From Halomicrobium mukohataei DSM 12286 (GTDB lineage: Archaea > Halobacteriota > Halobacteria > Halobacteriales > Haloarculaceae), in contig NC_013202.1 in the NCBI RefSeq assembly GCF_000023965.1, forward strand, positions 1,920,001 to 1,952,000: 32,000 nucleotides of DNA, read 5' to 3'. The notes under the pieces were generated by a model that did no database searches, was not told the DNA's origin, and saw only the letters and a list, made by a program, of their open reading frames with translations. Every line of letters begins with the position of its first letter. Within the stretch, counting starts at the first letter, position 1. The position numbers and the translations under genes are program-made. Positions 9,117 through 16,543 of this stretch are shown in pieces.

Positions 9117-9500
9117 TCGCTCGGCCCTCGGACGCGGGGCCGTCCGAGACGCCGCTGTGCCGGCGACGAACGCTCCGATATCGGTCTGGCTCGCGTCGCC
9201 CGCTCGTGGATCCCCTCGCCGTCGCCGAATCACGGTCGGGCAGCCGGGAGCGACACCGGCGGTCACGAGAGGGTCCACAAGAGTTACGTCTGTACAATCC
9301 GACTTCCTGTCACGTATGCAGTTCGCTCTCGTCTCTCCGCCTGCACGTCTGTGTCGTCCGGACTCGACATCGCCCTCCAGTTCGAGCGGCCGGGCAGCGT
9401 ACGACGGCGTCCCGGTGCGACGCCGCGCCCCTCGCCGCGTCCCGACCGCTGGAGCAGCGACCGCCACCGTCGACGGTTCGAGGACGGTGAGACGAAACAG

Positions 9501-9803
9501 ATGAACGACGATCTCGTCGTCGAGTACGATGCGGAGTTCGACCGCCACGTCGTCGAGTTCGACGCCGACGACGATTGGTCGACCAGCGAGATGGTCGTCT
9601 ACGCGATGTCGGAGGTGTCGGGTGAAGAACCGACGGCACTGCGACCGCTGGGGACGGTGATCGATCCGGACGCGCTGGACACCATCTTCGATAGATGTCC
9701 CGACGACGGTCGCGGAGACGCCCACATCTCCTTCGAGTACGAGGGCTACGAGGTGACGGTGTACAGCCACGGTCGCCTGACGATCACCGAGCCCCGGTCC
9801 TGA
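9501..9803 (+). CDS. HalOD1 (halobacterial output domain 1) stand-alone protein
   Basis: 100 aa starting at ATG 9501. The pattern SEMVVYAMSEVSGEEPTALRPLGTVIDPDALDTIF ... ISFEYEGYEVTVYSHGRLTI matches HalOD1. The upstream part of the track ORF is Arg-rich and not protein-like. Confidence 0.75.
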   Translation: MNDDLVVEYDAEFDRHVVEFDADDDWSTSEMVVYAMSEVSGEEPTALRPLGTVIDPDALDTIFDRCPDDGRGDAHISFEYEGYEVTVYSHGRLTITEPRS

Positions 9804-9968
9804 TCTGTCCGAGATTCCCGAAACGGGCTCGCTCGTGTGTGTCACTCGCCAAATCACGAAGAGTACTTACGGGGTCGACGGCTACCCTCTGTGCGTATCA
9901 GATGCGGTTCTCTTCAACTGACGGCCGGGGCGTGTCGGCCGATACTGCCCGTACCGGTGGGTACCGTG

Positions 9969-10715
9969 ATGGGACGACGAGGCATGACAGCGAACACTGA
10001 CGACGCCAGGCGGCGGGCAATCGACAAGCTCGAAGGCCTCGGACTGAGTGCGTACGCCGCGCGCACGTTCGTCGCGCTCGTCGAACTCGAGAGCGGCACG
10101 GCGAAGTCGATCAGCGCTACAGTAAATGTCCCGCGCACGCGAGTGTACGACGCCGCCGACGAACTGTCCGAGTGGGGACTCGTCGAGATCGAGTCGGCGA
10201 CTCCGCGCCGATTTCACGCGGTCTCGATCGAGCACGCGCTGTTCGTGCTGGGGACCGAGTACACCGACCGGATCGACGACGTGACGGCGGCACTGGAGGC
10301 GGTCGGCTCGACGGAGTCGTCGCTGTCGCGGGACGACCTCTGGCTGTCGAGCGATCCGGCGGCGATCACGGAGCGAATGAGCGCGGTCGTTGCCGACGCC
10401 CAGGAGTCGGTGTTGCTGGCGGCGACCGACGACCGGCGGGCCGAGCCAGTCGCGGACGCCCTCGTCACGGCTGCCCAGCGCGGCGTCGAGGTCCGTGCGA
10501 TCGGCGTCGACGACCGGTTCGACGAGAGCCCGGTCACCGTCGTGGACGACGACCGACCGTGGAATCCGGCCGTGTTGCCCCTCTCGACGGTGCTGCTCGC
10601 CGACCACGAGGACGCCGTGGTGACGTTCCAGTCCGAGGAGCCGCTGGCGTTCTGGAGCCGCGGCGAGTCGAACAATCTGCTCGTCCTCCTGCGGGCGTTG
10701 CTGGGGATCGAGTAG
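9969..10715 (+). CDS. TrmB family transcriptional regulator
   Basis: N-terminal TrmB HTH: LEGLGLSAYAARTFVALVELESGTAKSISATVNVPRTRVYDAADELSEWGLVE. ATG 9969 is the call, with ATG 9984 as an alternative. Confidence 0.85.
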   Translation: MGRRGMTANTDDARRRAIDKLEGLGLSAYAARTFVALVELESGTAKSISATVNVPRTRVYDAADELSEWGLVEIESATPRRFHAVSIEHALFVLGTEYTDRIDDVTAALEAVGSTESSLSRDDLWLSSDPAAITERMSAVVADAQESVLLAATDDRRAEPVADALVTAAQRGVEVRAIGVDDRFDESPVTVVDDDRPWNPAVLPLSTVLLADHEDAVVTFQSEEPLAFWSRGESNNLLVLLRALLGIE

Positions 10716-10790
10716 CGATGGCAGTCGTCGGCTTACTCCTCGAAGGCCCACAATAACCAAACCGCTCCTCACGGACAGCGTGAACGAACC

Positions 10791-10961
10791 ATGCCGTCAG
10801 TGACCGATCGGACGACTGCGGGGACGGAGTACAGGGCGATCGTCGAGCGATACGACGCGCGGCCGAACCAGTGTACGATCTTCCGGGCGACAGACGAGCA
10901 CGCGGCCGCCTGGATCTCGGCCGACGAAGCGACCTACGTCGATCTGGCCCTGGTTCGGTAG
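10791..10961 (+). CDS. Small conserved haloarchaeal protein (56 aa; family recalled as DUF7511)
   Basis: Not in the supplied track (<60 aa). Translation: MPSVTDRTTAGTEYRAIVERYDARPNQCTIFRATDEHAAAWISADEATYVDLALVR. The C-T-I-F ... W-I-x-A ... Y-V-D-L pattern matches a small haloarchaeal family. An ATAAC-type box lies 30 nt upstream. Confidence 0.55.
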   Translation: MPSVTDRTTAGTEYRAIVERYDARPNQCTIFRATDEHAAAWISADEATYVDLALVR

Positions 10962-11094
10962 CACGCCTTCTCGCGGACCGTCGCCGTACCCGAGTACCGT
11001 GCGTTCGGCGTTCGGACTGTCGACAGTCACTGCTTCGCGATAGCCGTGTCTCCGGGGTCGCGAGATTCGGCTCGGACGGACGACTGACCGTCTC

Positions 11095-11175
11095 ATACGG
11101 ATTATTGTAGCGATTTACCGGTGATCGTCTACTCCGTGGCGACGATCACCGGTAAGCAACTACAATAAACCGTCT
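11095..11175. repeat. Extended hairpin element, copy 1
   Basis: 15-bp apical stem (11115-11129 with 11141-11155, 11-nt loop), a 4x4 internal loop, a 9-bp stem (11102-11110 with 11160-11168) and a 4-bp basal stem (11097-11100 with 11170-11173). It lies 43 nt past the stop of the 11219-11839 gene. Confidence 0.7.
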
Positions 11176-11218
11176 CGGCCGCTCGCACAGAAAACCGGAC
11201 CCGGTCCCGCCGACCGTC

Positions 11219-11839
11219 CTAGACCGTGCTCTGCTCGTCGGTCTGTCGGTCGACGTACTCGTTGACGATCGCACAGCAGCCGAACGCGACGAGCACGACC
11301 GGGACGACGACGCCGACGCTGACGGCCGGGACGATCAGTGCGAGTCCGTACAGTGCGGTCCCGCCGGCAGCGAGCCCCGCGTAGTACCGGGGCCAGGGAC
11401 GGTCCTCGTCGTCGCCGATGTCGAGGAACTCTTCGAGCTGGTCGGCGTTCGGTCCGAGACTGATCGTCCCCCGGTTCTGATCGAACGCCACGACGTTCAT
11501 GTCGTCCATCTTGGGCAGATGGCACTGATAGAGGCCGACGTAGACGCGCTTGCGCTCGCTCGAAGAGATCGCCTGGACGGTCGTGTCGTTCTCGATGGCG
11601 GCGATGTGTTCGGCGAGATCGCTCAGCGAGACCGTCTCGTCGTCGGCCGCTTCGAGGTACCGCAACACTTCGCGGCGACGCTGGTTTTTCAGTAACTCGA
11701 ACACCCGATCGACCGGTAAGGGTGCCGGCTCGTCCGCCGTCACCTCAGCCCCTTCCTGCTGGGCTGACTCCGTCGTCTCGTTCGTGTCGCCGACCGATCC
11801 ACCCTCCGTCTGTGTTGACTCATCGCGCGTTGCGCTCAT
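11219..11839 (-). CDS. Membrane-anchored winged-helix protein (DUF7344-like N-terminal domain plus 2 C-terminal TM helices), paralogue 2
   Basis: RRREVLRYLEAADDETVSLSDLAEHIAAIENDTT ... RKRVYVGLYQCHLPKMDDMNVVAFD. This is followed by RPWPRYY and two hydrophobic helices. Confidence 0.8.
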   Translation of the reverse strand: MSATRDESTQTEGGSVGDTNETTESAQQEGAEVTADEPAPLPVDRVFELLKNQRRREVLRYLEAADDETVSLSDLAEHIAAIENDTTVQAISSSERKRVYVGLYQCHLPKMDDMNVVAFDQNRGTISLGPNADQLEEFLDIGDDEDRPWPRYYAGLAAGGTALYGLALIVPAVSVGVVVPVVLVAFGCCAIVNEYVDRQTDEQSTV

Positions 11840-12282
11840 AGTAGTCTCCCAGTGTTCGCTGATTCATGTTCGTGACCTCCGTTGATCGTCCATTACCGGC
11901 TTGTGTCTGTGTCTGTTTCCTCGGTGACCCCGTACCGGTGACGCGACGCCAGCACCCACCATGGATCCTGGCCTCGGTCCAGTGGACGTATACTCACACC
12001 ACCGGGAGACTTTTAATTGTTTCCTATACTTAACTTCTATTCTGAATGTTACTGCATCTGTAACATTTGTCAAATTGGGTATTATAGGCGACAGCCGGTG
12101 GTTACTCCGACTGACCGAACGTATAATCTGTTCTTTCTGCCGAAATGCAGACATCTATGGGAATATTGATATTTACCGAAGAATTACTAATTGTCCTCTC
12201 CCCATCGCGCTGTTGGCCGCCACCGGCTCGTCGTCCGCACGACCCGTGGTCGCGAAGGGCACCGAGGACGGCCGACAGTATC

Positions 12283-12362
12283 ATACGGACGGTTGTAGCG
12301 ATGTACCGGTGAGCGTTGGGACGGGTAGACGCTCACCGGTACGCAACGCCAACGTTCCGTAT
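12283..12362. repeat. Extended hairpin element, copy 2
   Basis: Terminal ATACGGA / TCCGTAT 7-bp stem and a 14-bp apical stem (12303-12316 with 12329-12342, 12-nt loop). Shares the TTGTAG-NNNN-T(G/T)TACC left arm with copies 1 and 3. Confidence 0.7.
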
Positions 12363-12363
12363 T

Positions 12364-12445
12364 ATACGGACGGTTGTAGGCGTTTACCCAGTCGACCGCA
12401 CGACGGCGTGCGGTCGATCTGGTAAAGATCTACAACTTTCCGCAT
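12364..12445. repeat. Extended hairpin element, copy 3 (tandem with copy 2; abuts the dehydrogenase stop codon)
   Basis: GTTGTAG / CTACAAC 7-bp stem (12373-12379 with 12430-12436). The apical stem has 18 bp with one bulge (12384-12401 with 12408-12426, 6-nt loop). Terminal ATACGGA / TCCGCAT. Confidence 0.7.
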
Positions 12446-13812
12446 CAGTCGGAGGTCGCGGGCCCGCTCCCGATCGTGTACACCTCGCCGGCCGTCGCCG
12501 GGTCCGTCAGTGCGTCTCGACCGTCGACGACGACCGGATCGGCGAGTCGGTCCCAGGGCACGTCGTCGAACGCGTCGTGGGCCGTCACCAGTACGAGCGC
12601 GTCCGGGTCGATCGCGGGGAGCTCCGACAGCGTCGCCGGCCGCCCCGGGAAGGCCGCGAGGTCGCTGCACACCGGATCGACGGTGTACACGTCGGCACCG
12701 GCCGCCGACAGCGCGGCGGTGATCGTCCAGGCCGGCGACGCCCGCGTCTCGTCGATCCCCGGACGGTAGGTGACACCGAGGACGGCGACGCTCGCGTCTC
12801 CGATCTCCGTGCCGGCGTCGACGAGCTGCTCGACGGTCTTGTGAACGGTGAACTCCTCCATCCGCTCGTTGACCCGGCGGGCCGTCTCCAGCAGCGGTGT
12901 CGACGTCTCGACGGTGTCGATGACGAAGTGGGGGTAGTAGGGGATACAGTGCCCGCCGACGCCGGCACCGGGATCGTGGAGCTCGCAGTACGGCTGGGTG
13001 TTGGCCGCCTCGATCGCTTCGCGCACGTCGATCGCGAGCCCGTCGGCCAGCCGTCCCAGTTCGTTGGCCAGCGCGATGTTGACGTCCCGGTAGAGCCCTT
13101 CGAACAGCTTGACGCACTCGGCGGTCGTCGGATCGCTCACGGGAATGACCTCGTTGCTCGTGAGTTCGCCGTACACCAGCTTCGCGACGCGCGTGCTCTC
13201 TTCGTCGACGCCACCGACGATCTTCGGGTAGCTGCCGGTGATGTCTTCGAGCGCGCGTCCGCTGGCCGTCCGCTCCGGACAGAACGCGAGCGCGAACTCG
13301 TCGGGGGCCAGCCCGCTCTTCTCGACGAGCCGTGGCCGTAGCACGTCGACGCACGTGCGCGGGGGGAGCGTCGATTCGAGGAACACCGCGTCGCCTGGTG
13401 CCAGTCCAGCAGCCACGTCGTCGACGACCGACTCCACTGCGGACAGGTCCGGACTGTCCGCGTCGTCGAGCAGCGTCGGGACGATGACGACGTGTAGCGC
13501 CGCCGACTCGGCGGCGTCGACCCCGTCGGTGGTGGCACGCAGCGACTCCGTCTCGACGGCCGTCTCGACGGCGGTGTCCAGTCCCGGTTCGTCCTCGACC
13601 GGGGACTGACCGTCGTTGACCGCGTTCACGACGGCGCTGTCGATGTCGACGCCGGTCACGTTTCCCGACCGGTCGGCGAACACCGCCGCGAGGGGCAACC
13701 CCATCTTGCCGAGGCCGTAGACCGCGACCGGAACGCCGCCTTCCCTGAAGGCCCGTCGCTGCTCGTCGGCCGGACGGTCACTGCCGTACAGCCGACACAG
13801 TGTCGTACTCAT
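12445..13812 (-). CDS. Nucleotide-sugar dehydrogenase, UDP-N-acetyl-hexosamine dehydrogenase subgroup (WbpA/WecC-like)
   Basis: Rossmann motif VAVYGLGKMGLPLA. The catalytic-Cys motif GGHCIPYYP resembles the UDP-GlcNAc/ManNAc dehydrogenase subgroup more than UDP-glucose dehydrogenase. 455 aa. Confidence 0.9.
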   Translation of the reverse strand: MSTTLCRLYGSDRPADEQRRAFREGGVPVAVYGLGKMGLPLAAVFADRSGNVTGVDIDSAVVNAVNDGQSPVEDEPGLDTAVETAVETESLRATTDGVDAAESAALHVVIVPTLLDDADSPDLSAVESVVDDVAAGLAPGDAVFLESTLPPRTCVDVLRPRLVEKSGLAPDEFALAFCPERTASGRALEDITGSYPKIVGGVDEESTRVAKLVYGELTSNEVIPVSDPTTAECVKLFEGLYRDVNIALANELGRLADGLAIDVREAIEAANTQPYCELHDPGAGVGGHCIPYYPHFVIDTVETSTPLLETARRVNERMEEFTVHKTVEQLVDAGTEIGDASVAVLGVTYRPGIDETRASPAWTITAALSAAGADVYTVDPVCSDLAAFPGRPATLSELPAIDPDALVLVTAHDAFDDVPWDRLADPVVVDGRDALTDPATAGEVYTIGSGPATSD

Positions 13813-13889
13813 CCGTCGATTCCTCCGTCCGGCGTGGCCGGTCCGTGATCTGTCGTCACCATCTGGTTTGCCCGTCCGACGAGAGCGAC

Positions 13890-13899
13890 ATTGTTACGA
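13890..13899 (-). promoter_or_regulatory. Variant copy (TCGTAACAAT) of the CCATAACAAW motif upstream of the dehydrogenase gene
   Basis: 8 of 10 match on the minus strand. An ATG (13862) follows after 27 nt and opens a 17-codon ORF that ends in ATGA overlap with the dehydrogenase start. Confidence 0.3.
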
Positions 13900-14216
13900 A
13901 CACCATTGCCCGGACGTACGACGGCGTTATGGCTCGCGTGATTGCCTCTCTCGTCGCGGTGGCGTGGCTCGCTCGAACGTGACGCATCAGAGACCATTTC
14001 CGGCGCGGTTCGTCGCCCGGTGGCGACTCCGCGCCCGTCGTGTCGGCCGTCTGGGACTGCGACACCACCGCGTCGCCGATCGGTAATCCGACCGTAGCGA
14101 CTGTCTGGACGGCGAGGTCACCGGGTAACCTCACTGTTACTAAACTATGGGCGAGGGTCATATGTGCTGTATCGATTGTATATGCCGGACGCTGCGGGAC
14201 AATCCGAAAACGTTCG

Positions 14217-14726
14217 ATGTTCAGCAACAACGATGAACTCTCACAAGACACGGTGTTCGACGTGCTTAGCAGCGCGCGGCGGCGGGAAACGATCGCGATC
14301 TTACGGGAGGAGGAGACTCCGATCGAACTGACGACCCTGGCGGAGATCGTGGCCGCCCGAGAGAACGACACGACCGTCGAGGAGCTCTCCTCGCAGGACC
14401 GCAAGCGCGTGTACGTCTCTCTCTACCAGACTCACGTGCCGAAGCTCGTCGACGTCGGGGTCGTCGAACACGACGCCGACACGGGCGAAGTGTGGCTCAC
14501 GTCCCAGGCCAGCGCGATCGAACCGTACCTGCACAACCCCGAACAGTCCAGACGGTGGCACCGGTATTACCTGGTCGTGGCGGTCGTCGGTGGACTGGCG
14601 TTTCTGGCAACGTCGTTCGGCGCGCTCCCGTTCGTCTCGGGAGCGCTGCTGGGCCAGATTCTCGTTCTCGCGTTCGTTCTCCTCGCGGGTGCGCAGTTTC
14701 TCCTCGCGTGGCAGCGCCGCCTCTGA
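14217..14726 (+). CDS. Membrane-anchored winged-helix protein (DUF7344-like plus 2 C-terminal TM helices), paralogue 3
   Basis: ARRRETIAILREEETPIELTTLAEIVAARENDTT ... RKRVYVSLYQTHVPKLVDVGVVEHD, then RRWHRYY and two TM helices. Same architecture as 11219-11839. A TGTATAT box lies about 33 nt upstream of ATG 14217. Confidence 0.8.
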   Translation: MFSNNDELSQDTVFDVLSSARRRETIAILREEETPIELTTLAEIVAARENDTTVEELSSQDRKRVYVSLYQTHVPKLVDVGVVEHDADTGEVWLTSQASAIEPYLHNPEQSRRWHRYYLVVAVVGGLAFLATSFGALPFVSGALLGQILVLAFVLLAGAQFLLAWQRRL

Positions 14727-14883
14727 CCCGCCGTCTGGGACTGTCCGTGGCGCGTCGCACTGTCGGCCTCTCGTCGCGGCTCGCCGGCCCGATGTGCCGA
14801 CGCTCACCGATCGATAGCCGACAGTGCCACCGGCTCGACGCCACGGCTGATGGTCGGTGGAATGCGGTATGAGAATGAGGTGG

Positions 14884-15003
14884 TCAGTCGTCGGTGCTCG
14901 AGTCTGGTAGCAGCTGTTCCGGTGTCCGTTCGTAGACCGGCGTCTCTGCGAACTCTGTGATCCGTTCCATTTCGCGCTCCGAGATGTGCTGAACCATCGG
15001 CAT
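14884..15003 (-). CDS. Small acidic hypothetical protein (39 aa)
   Basis: Not in the supplied track. Translation: MPMVQHISEREMERITEFAETPVYERTPEQLLPDSSTDD. A TTACTATAGG box on the coding strand ends 17 nt before the ATG. Acidic composition fits the host proteome. Confidence 0.35.
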   Translation of the reverse strand: MPMVQHISEREMERITEFAETPVYERTPEQLLPDSSTDD

Positions 15004-15236
15004 TGTCTGGGTCGTACGATCCTATAGTAATTGTGTCCGTAGCGAGTTCCCGGCCCACGGAAGCGACGAGTTACCGCACGGAAGCCACAGCGTTCTCGGG
15101 CTGTCGGGACCGACCGGCGTCTCCGAGATGGATCTGGCAGTGCTGGCCGTCCGTCTGTACAACGTTGGGGTCGCGGATAGCCCGGTCCACACGGTGGCGC
15201 TGCTGTCCGTGGCTCGTCGGCGAGCGCCGACGGGCC

Positions 15237-15515
15237 TCACACCATGTTCTCGGCTTCGATCGTCTGCCAGACCCGGTCGCCCTCCTCCGTGAGGCCGTAG
15301 ACGCGCCCCTTCTTGCGCTCGTCGGAGACGAGCAGATCGACCAGCTCGCTCTCTCGGAGCTCCTGGAGCGCCCGCGAGACGTGGGCCAGGCCCACGCTGG
15401 CGTCGTCGGCGATGTTCGACGGCGTCGACGGTCCCTCGTCGAGGCGACGCATCGCGGCGACCCTGTAGCGCGAGCTGATGACGAAGCTCACGTCGTCCCA
15501 GTCGGGGTCGGTCAT
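15237..15515 (-). CDS. Small winged-helix transcriptional regulator (ArsR/PadR-like, 92 aa)
   Basis: MTDPDWDDVSFVISSRYRVAAMRRLDEGPSTPSNIADDASVGLAHVSRALQELRESELVDLLVSDERKKGRVYGLTEEG fits an HTH plus wing pattern. The upstream part of the track ORF is AT-richer and not protein-like. Confidence 0.7.
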   Translation of the reverse strand: MTDPDWDDVSFVISSRYRVAAMRRLDEGPSTPSNIADDASVGLAHVSRALQELRESELVDLLVSDERKKGRVYGLTEEGDRVWQTIEAENMV

Positions 15516-15756
15516 GACCGTCTCGCCCCCGATCGGTCCGTCGCGCCACTGGGTGACGGCACGCGACAGCGTCCGGTAGTACTGTGGAGTATCACTGTCG
15601 CTATAAGCGAGTCGAGTCGGACATAAAGACAGTCGGTCGTTAATCCCGTTCACGCTCAGTAAGCGGGTCTTTCTCGCGTGGTCTCCTCTGCCGACGGTCA
15701 GCAGGCGGTCCGTATGCAGTGGTCGGTCGGCCAACGAGCGCCTTCACATATGGCGT

Positions 15757-15766
15757 CCATAACAAT
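15757..15766 (+). promoter_or_regulatory. CCATAACAAT promoter-like motif upstream of the DUF457 hydrolase gene
   Basis: 9 of 10 identity to the CCATAACAAA version. GTG 15792 lies exactly 25 nt downstream and opens a 34-codon ORF ending in TGATG overlap with ATG 15896. Confidence 0.45.
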
Positions 15767-15895
15767 ACCACTCGGTTTCCGACCATCAGTCGTGACTTTC
15801 AGACGTGTTCGAACCCCTTCAGAGAGCGTTATCGACCGCGCGGGGCGTATCGAGGCCGGAGTACGAGCGACGCGACCAACGACCGACGCCACCTG

Positions 15896-16447
15896 ATGTG
15901 GCCCTGGGAACACCTCGCCTGTGGCTACGTCGCCCTCTCGGTACTGTCTCGTCTCCGCGACGGCGATCGGCCCACGGGTCCACAGACCGTCGCCGTCGCG
16001 GTCGGGACGCAGTTTCCGGACCTGGTCGACAAACCGCTGGGCTGGGGGACGACGCTGCTGCCCTCCGGCATCTCGTTGGCCCACTCGCTGCTGGTCGCCG
16101 TCCCGCTGTCGGCCGCCGTCGTCGCCGTCGCGCGCGAGACCGGCCACGGACGGGTCGGCTGGGCGTTCGCGATCGGCTACCTCGCTCACCTGCCCGGCGA
16201 CGTCGTCTATCCGATGGCACTGGGCGGACCGCCCCGGCTGGCCTTCCTGTTGTGGCCGCTCACGGAGAGCGTCGCGTCCGCGCCGGTCTCGATCACCGGC
16301 CACGTCTGGGCACTCCTCGCCCAGTTCGTCGCCCTGCTGGCCACGCCCGCGGGACGAGTGTACGTCGTCCTCGAACTCCTCCTGGTGGGCGGGGCGATCC
16401 TCGCGTGGGTGCTGGACGAGACGCCCCTCGTACCCGACGCCCGGTAG
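15896..16447 (+). CDS. Membrane-bound metal-dependent hydrolase (DUF457 / YdjM-like)
   Basis: MWPWEHLACGY ... FPDLVDKPLGW ... SLAHSL ... YLAHLPGDVVYP are His/Asp motifs in a 4-5 TM protein typical of DUF457. Confidence 0.75.
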   Translation: MWPWEHLACGYVALSVLSRLRDGDRPTGPQTVAVAVGTQFPDLVDKPLGWGTTLLPSGISLAHSLLVAVPLSAAVVAVARETGHGRVGWAFAIGYLAHLPGDVVYPMALGGPPRLAFLLWPLTESVASAPVSITGHVWALLAQFVALLATPAGRVYVVLELLLVGGAILAWVLDETPLVPDAR

Positions 16448-16543
16448 CAGCGGTCAACCGACGAGTGTCACCGGTGTCGTTCGACGCGAACTGGCCAGTA
16501 CACCGAAAGAACCCACAAAAGCGCACGGGAGGTACTGTATAGC

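Noticed and set aside
9316-9504. 62-codon ORF ending in ATGA overlap with the HalOD1 start, considered as another coupled upstream ORF
   Set aside because: No full promoter motif lies at the right distance; only TACAAT is present, 17 nt upstream. The ATGA context alone is expected often by chance.
11961-12425. 154-aa plus-strand ORF across the AT-rich island and hairpin copies
   Set aside because: It has non-host-like composition (Cys/Ile/Arg-rich, basic) and very low GC3. It runs through palindromic repeats, so it is not credible as a haloarchaeal protein.
12283-12445. Tandem hairpin copies considered as a mini CRISPR array or as IS200/IS605 ends
   Set aside because: There are only two adjacent units with a 1-nt gap and no spacers. 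The units are 80-nt imperfect palindromes rather than 25-40-nt repeats. Their sequence is unrelated to the hairpins of the resident TnpB element.
12316-13354. ORFs 12316-13341 (+) and 12362-13354 (-) inside the dehydrogenase gene
   Set aside because: They are alternative-frame or antisense Arg-rich translations overlapping a gene with clear Rossmann and catalytic motifs.
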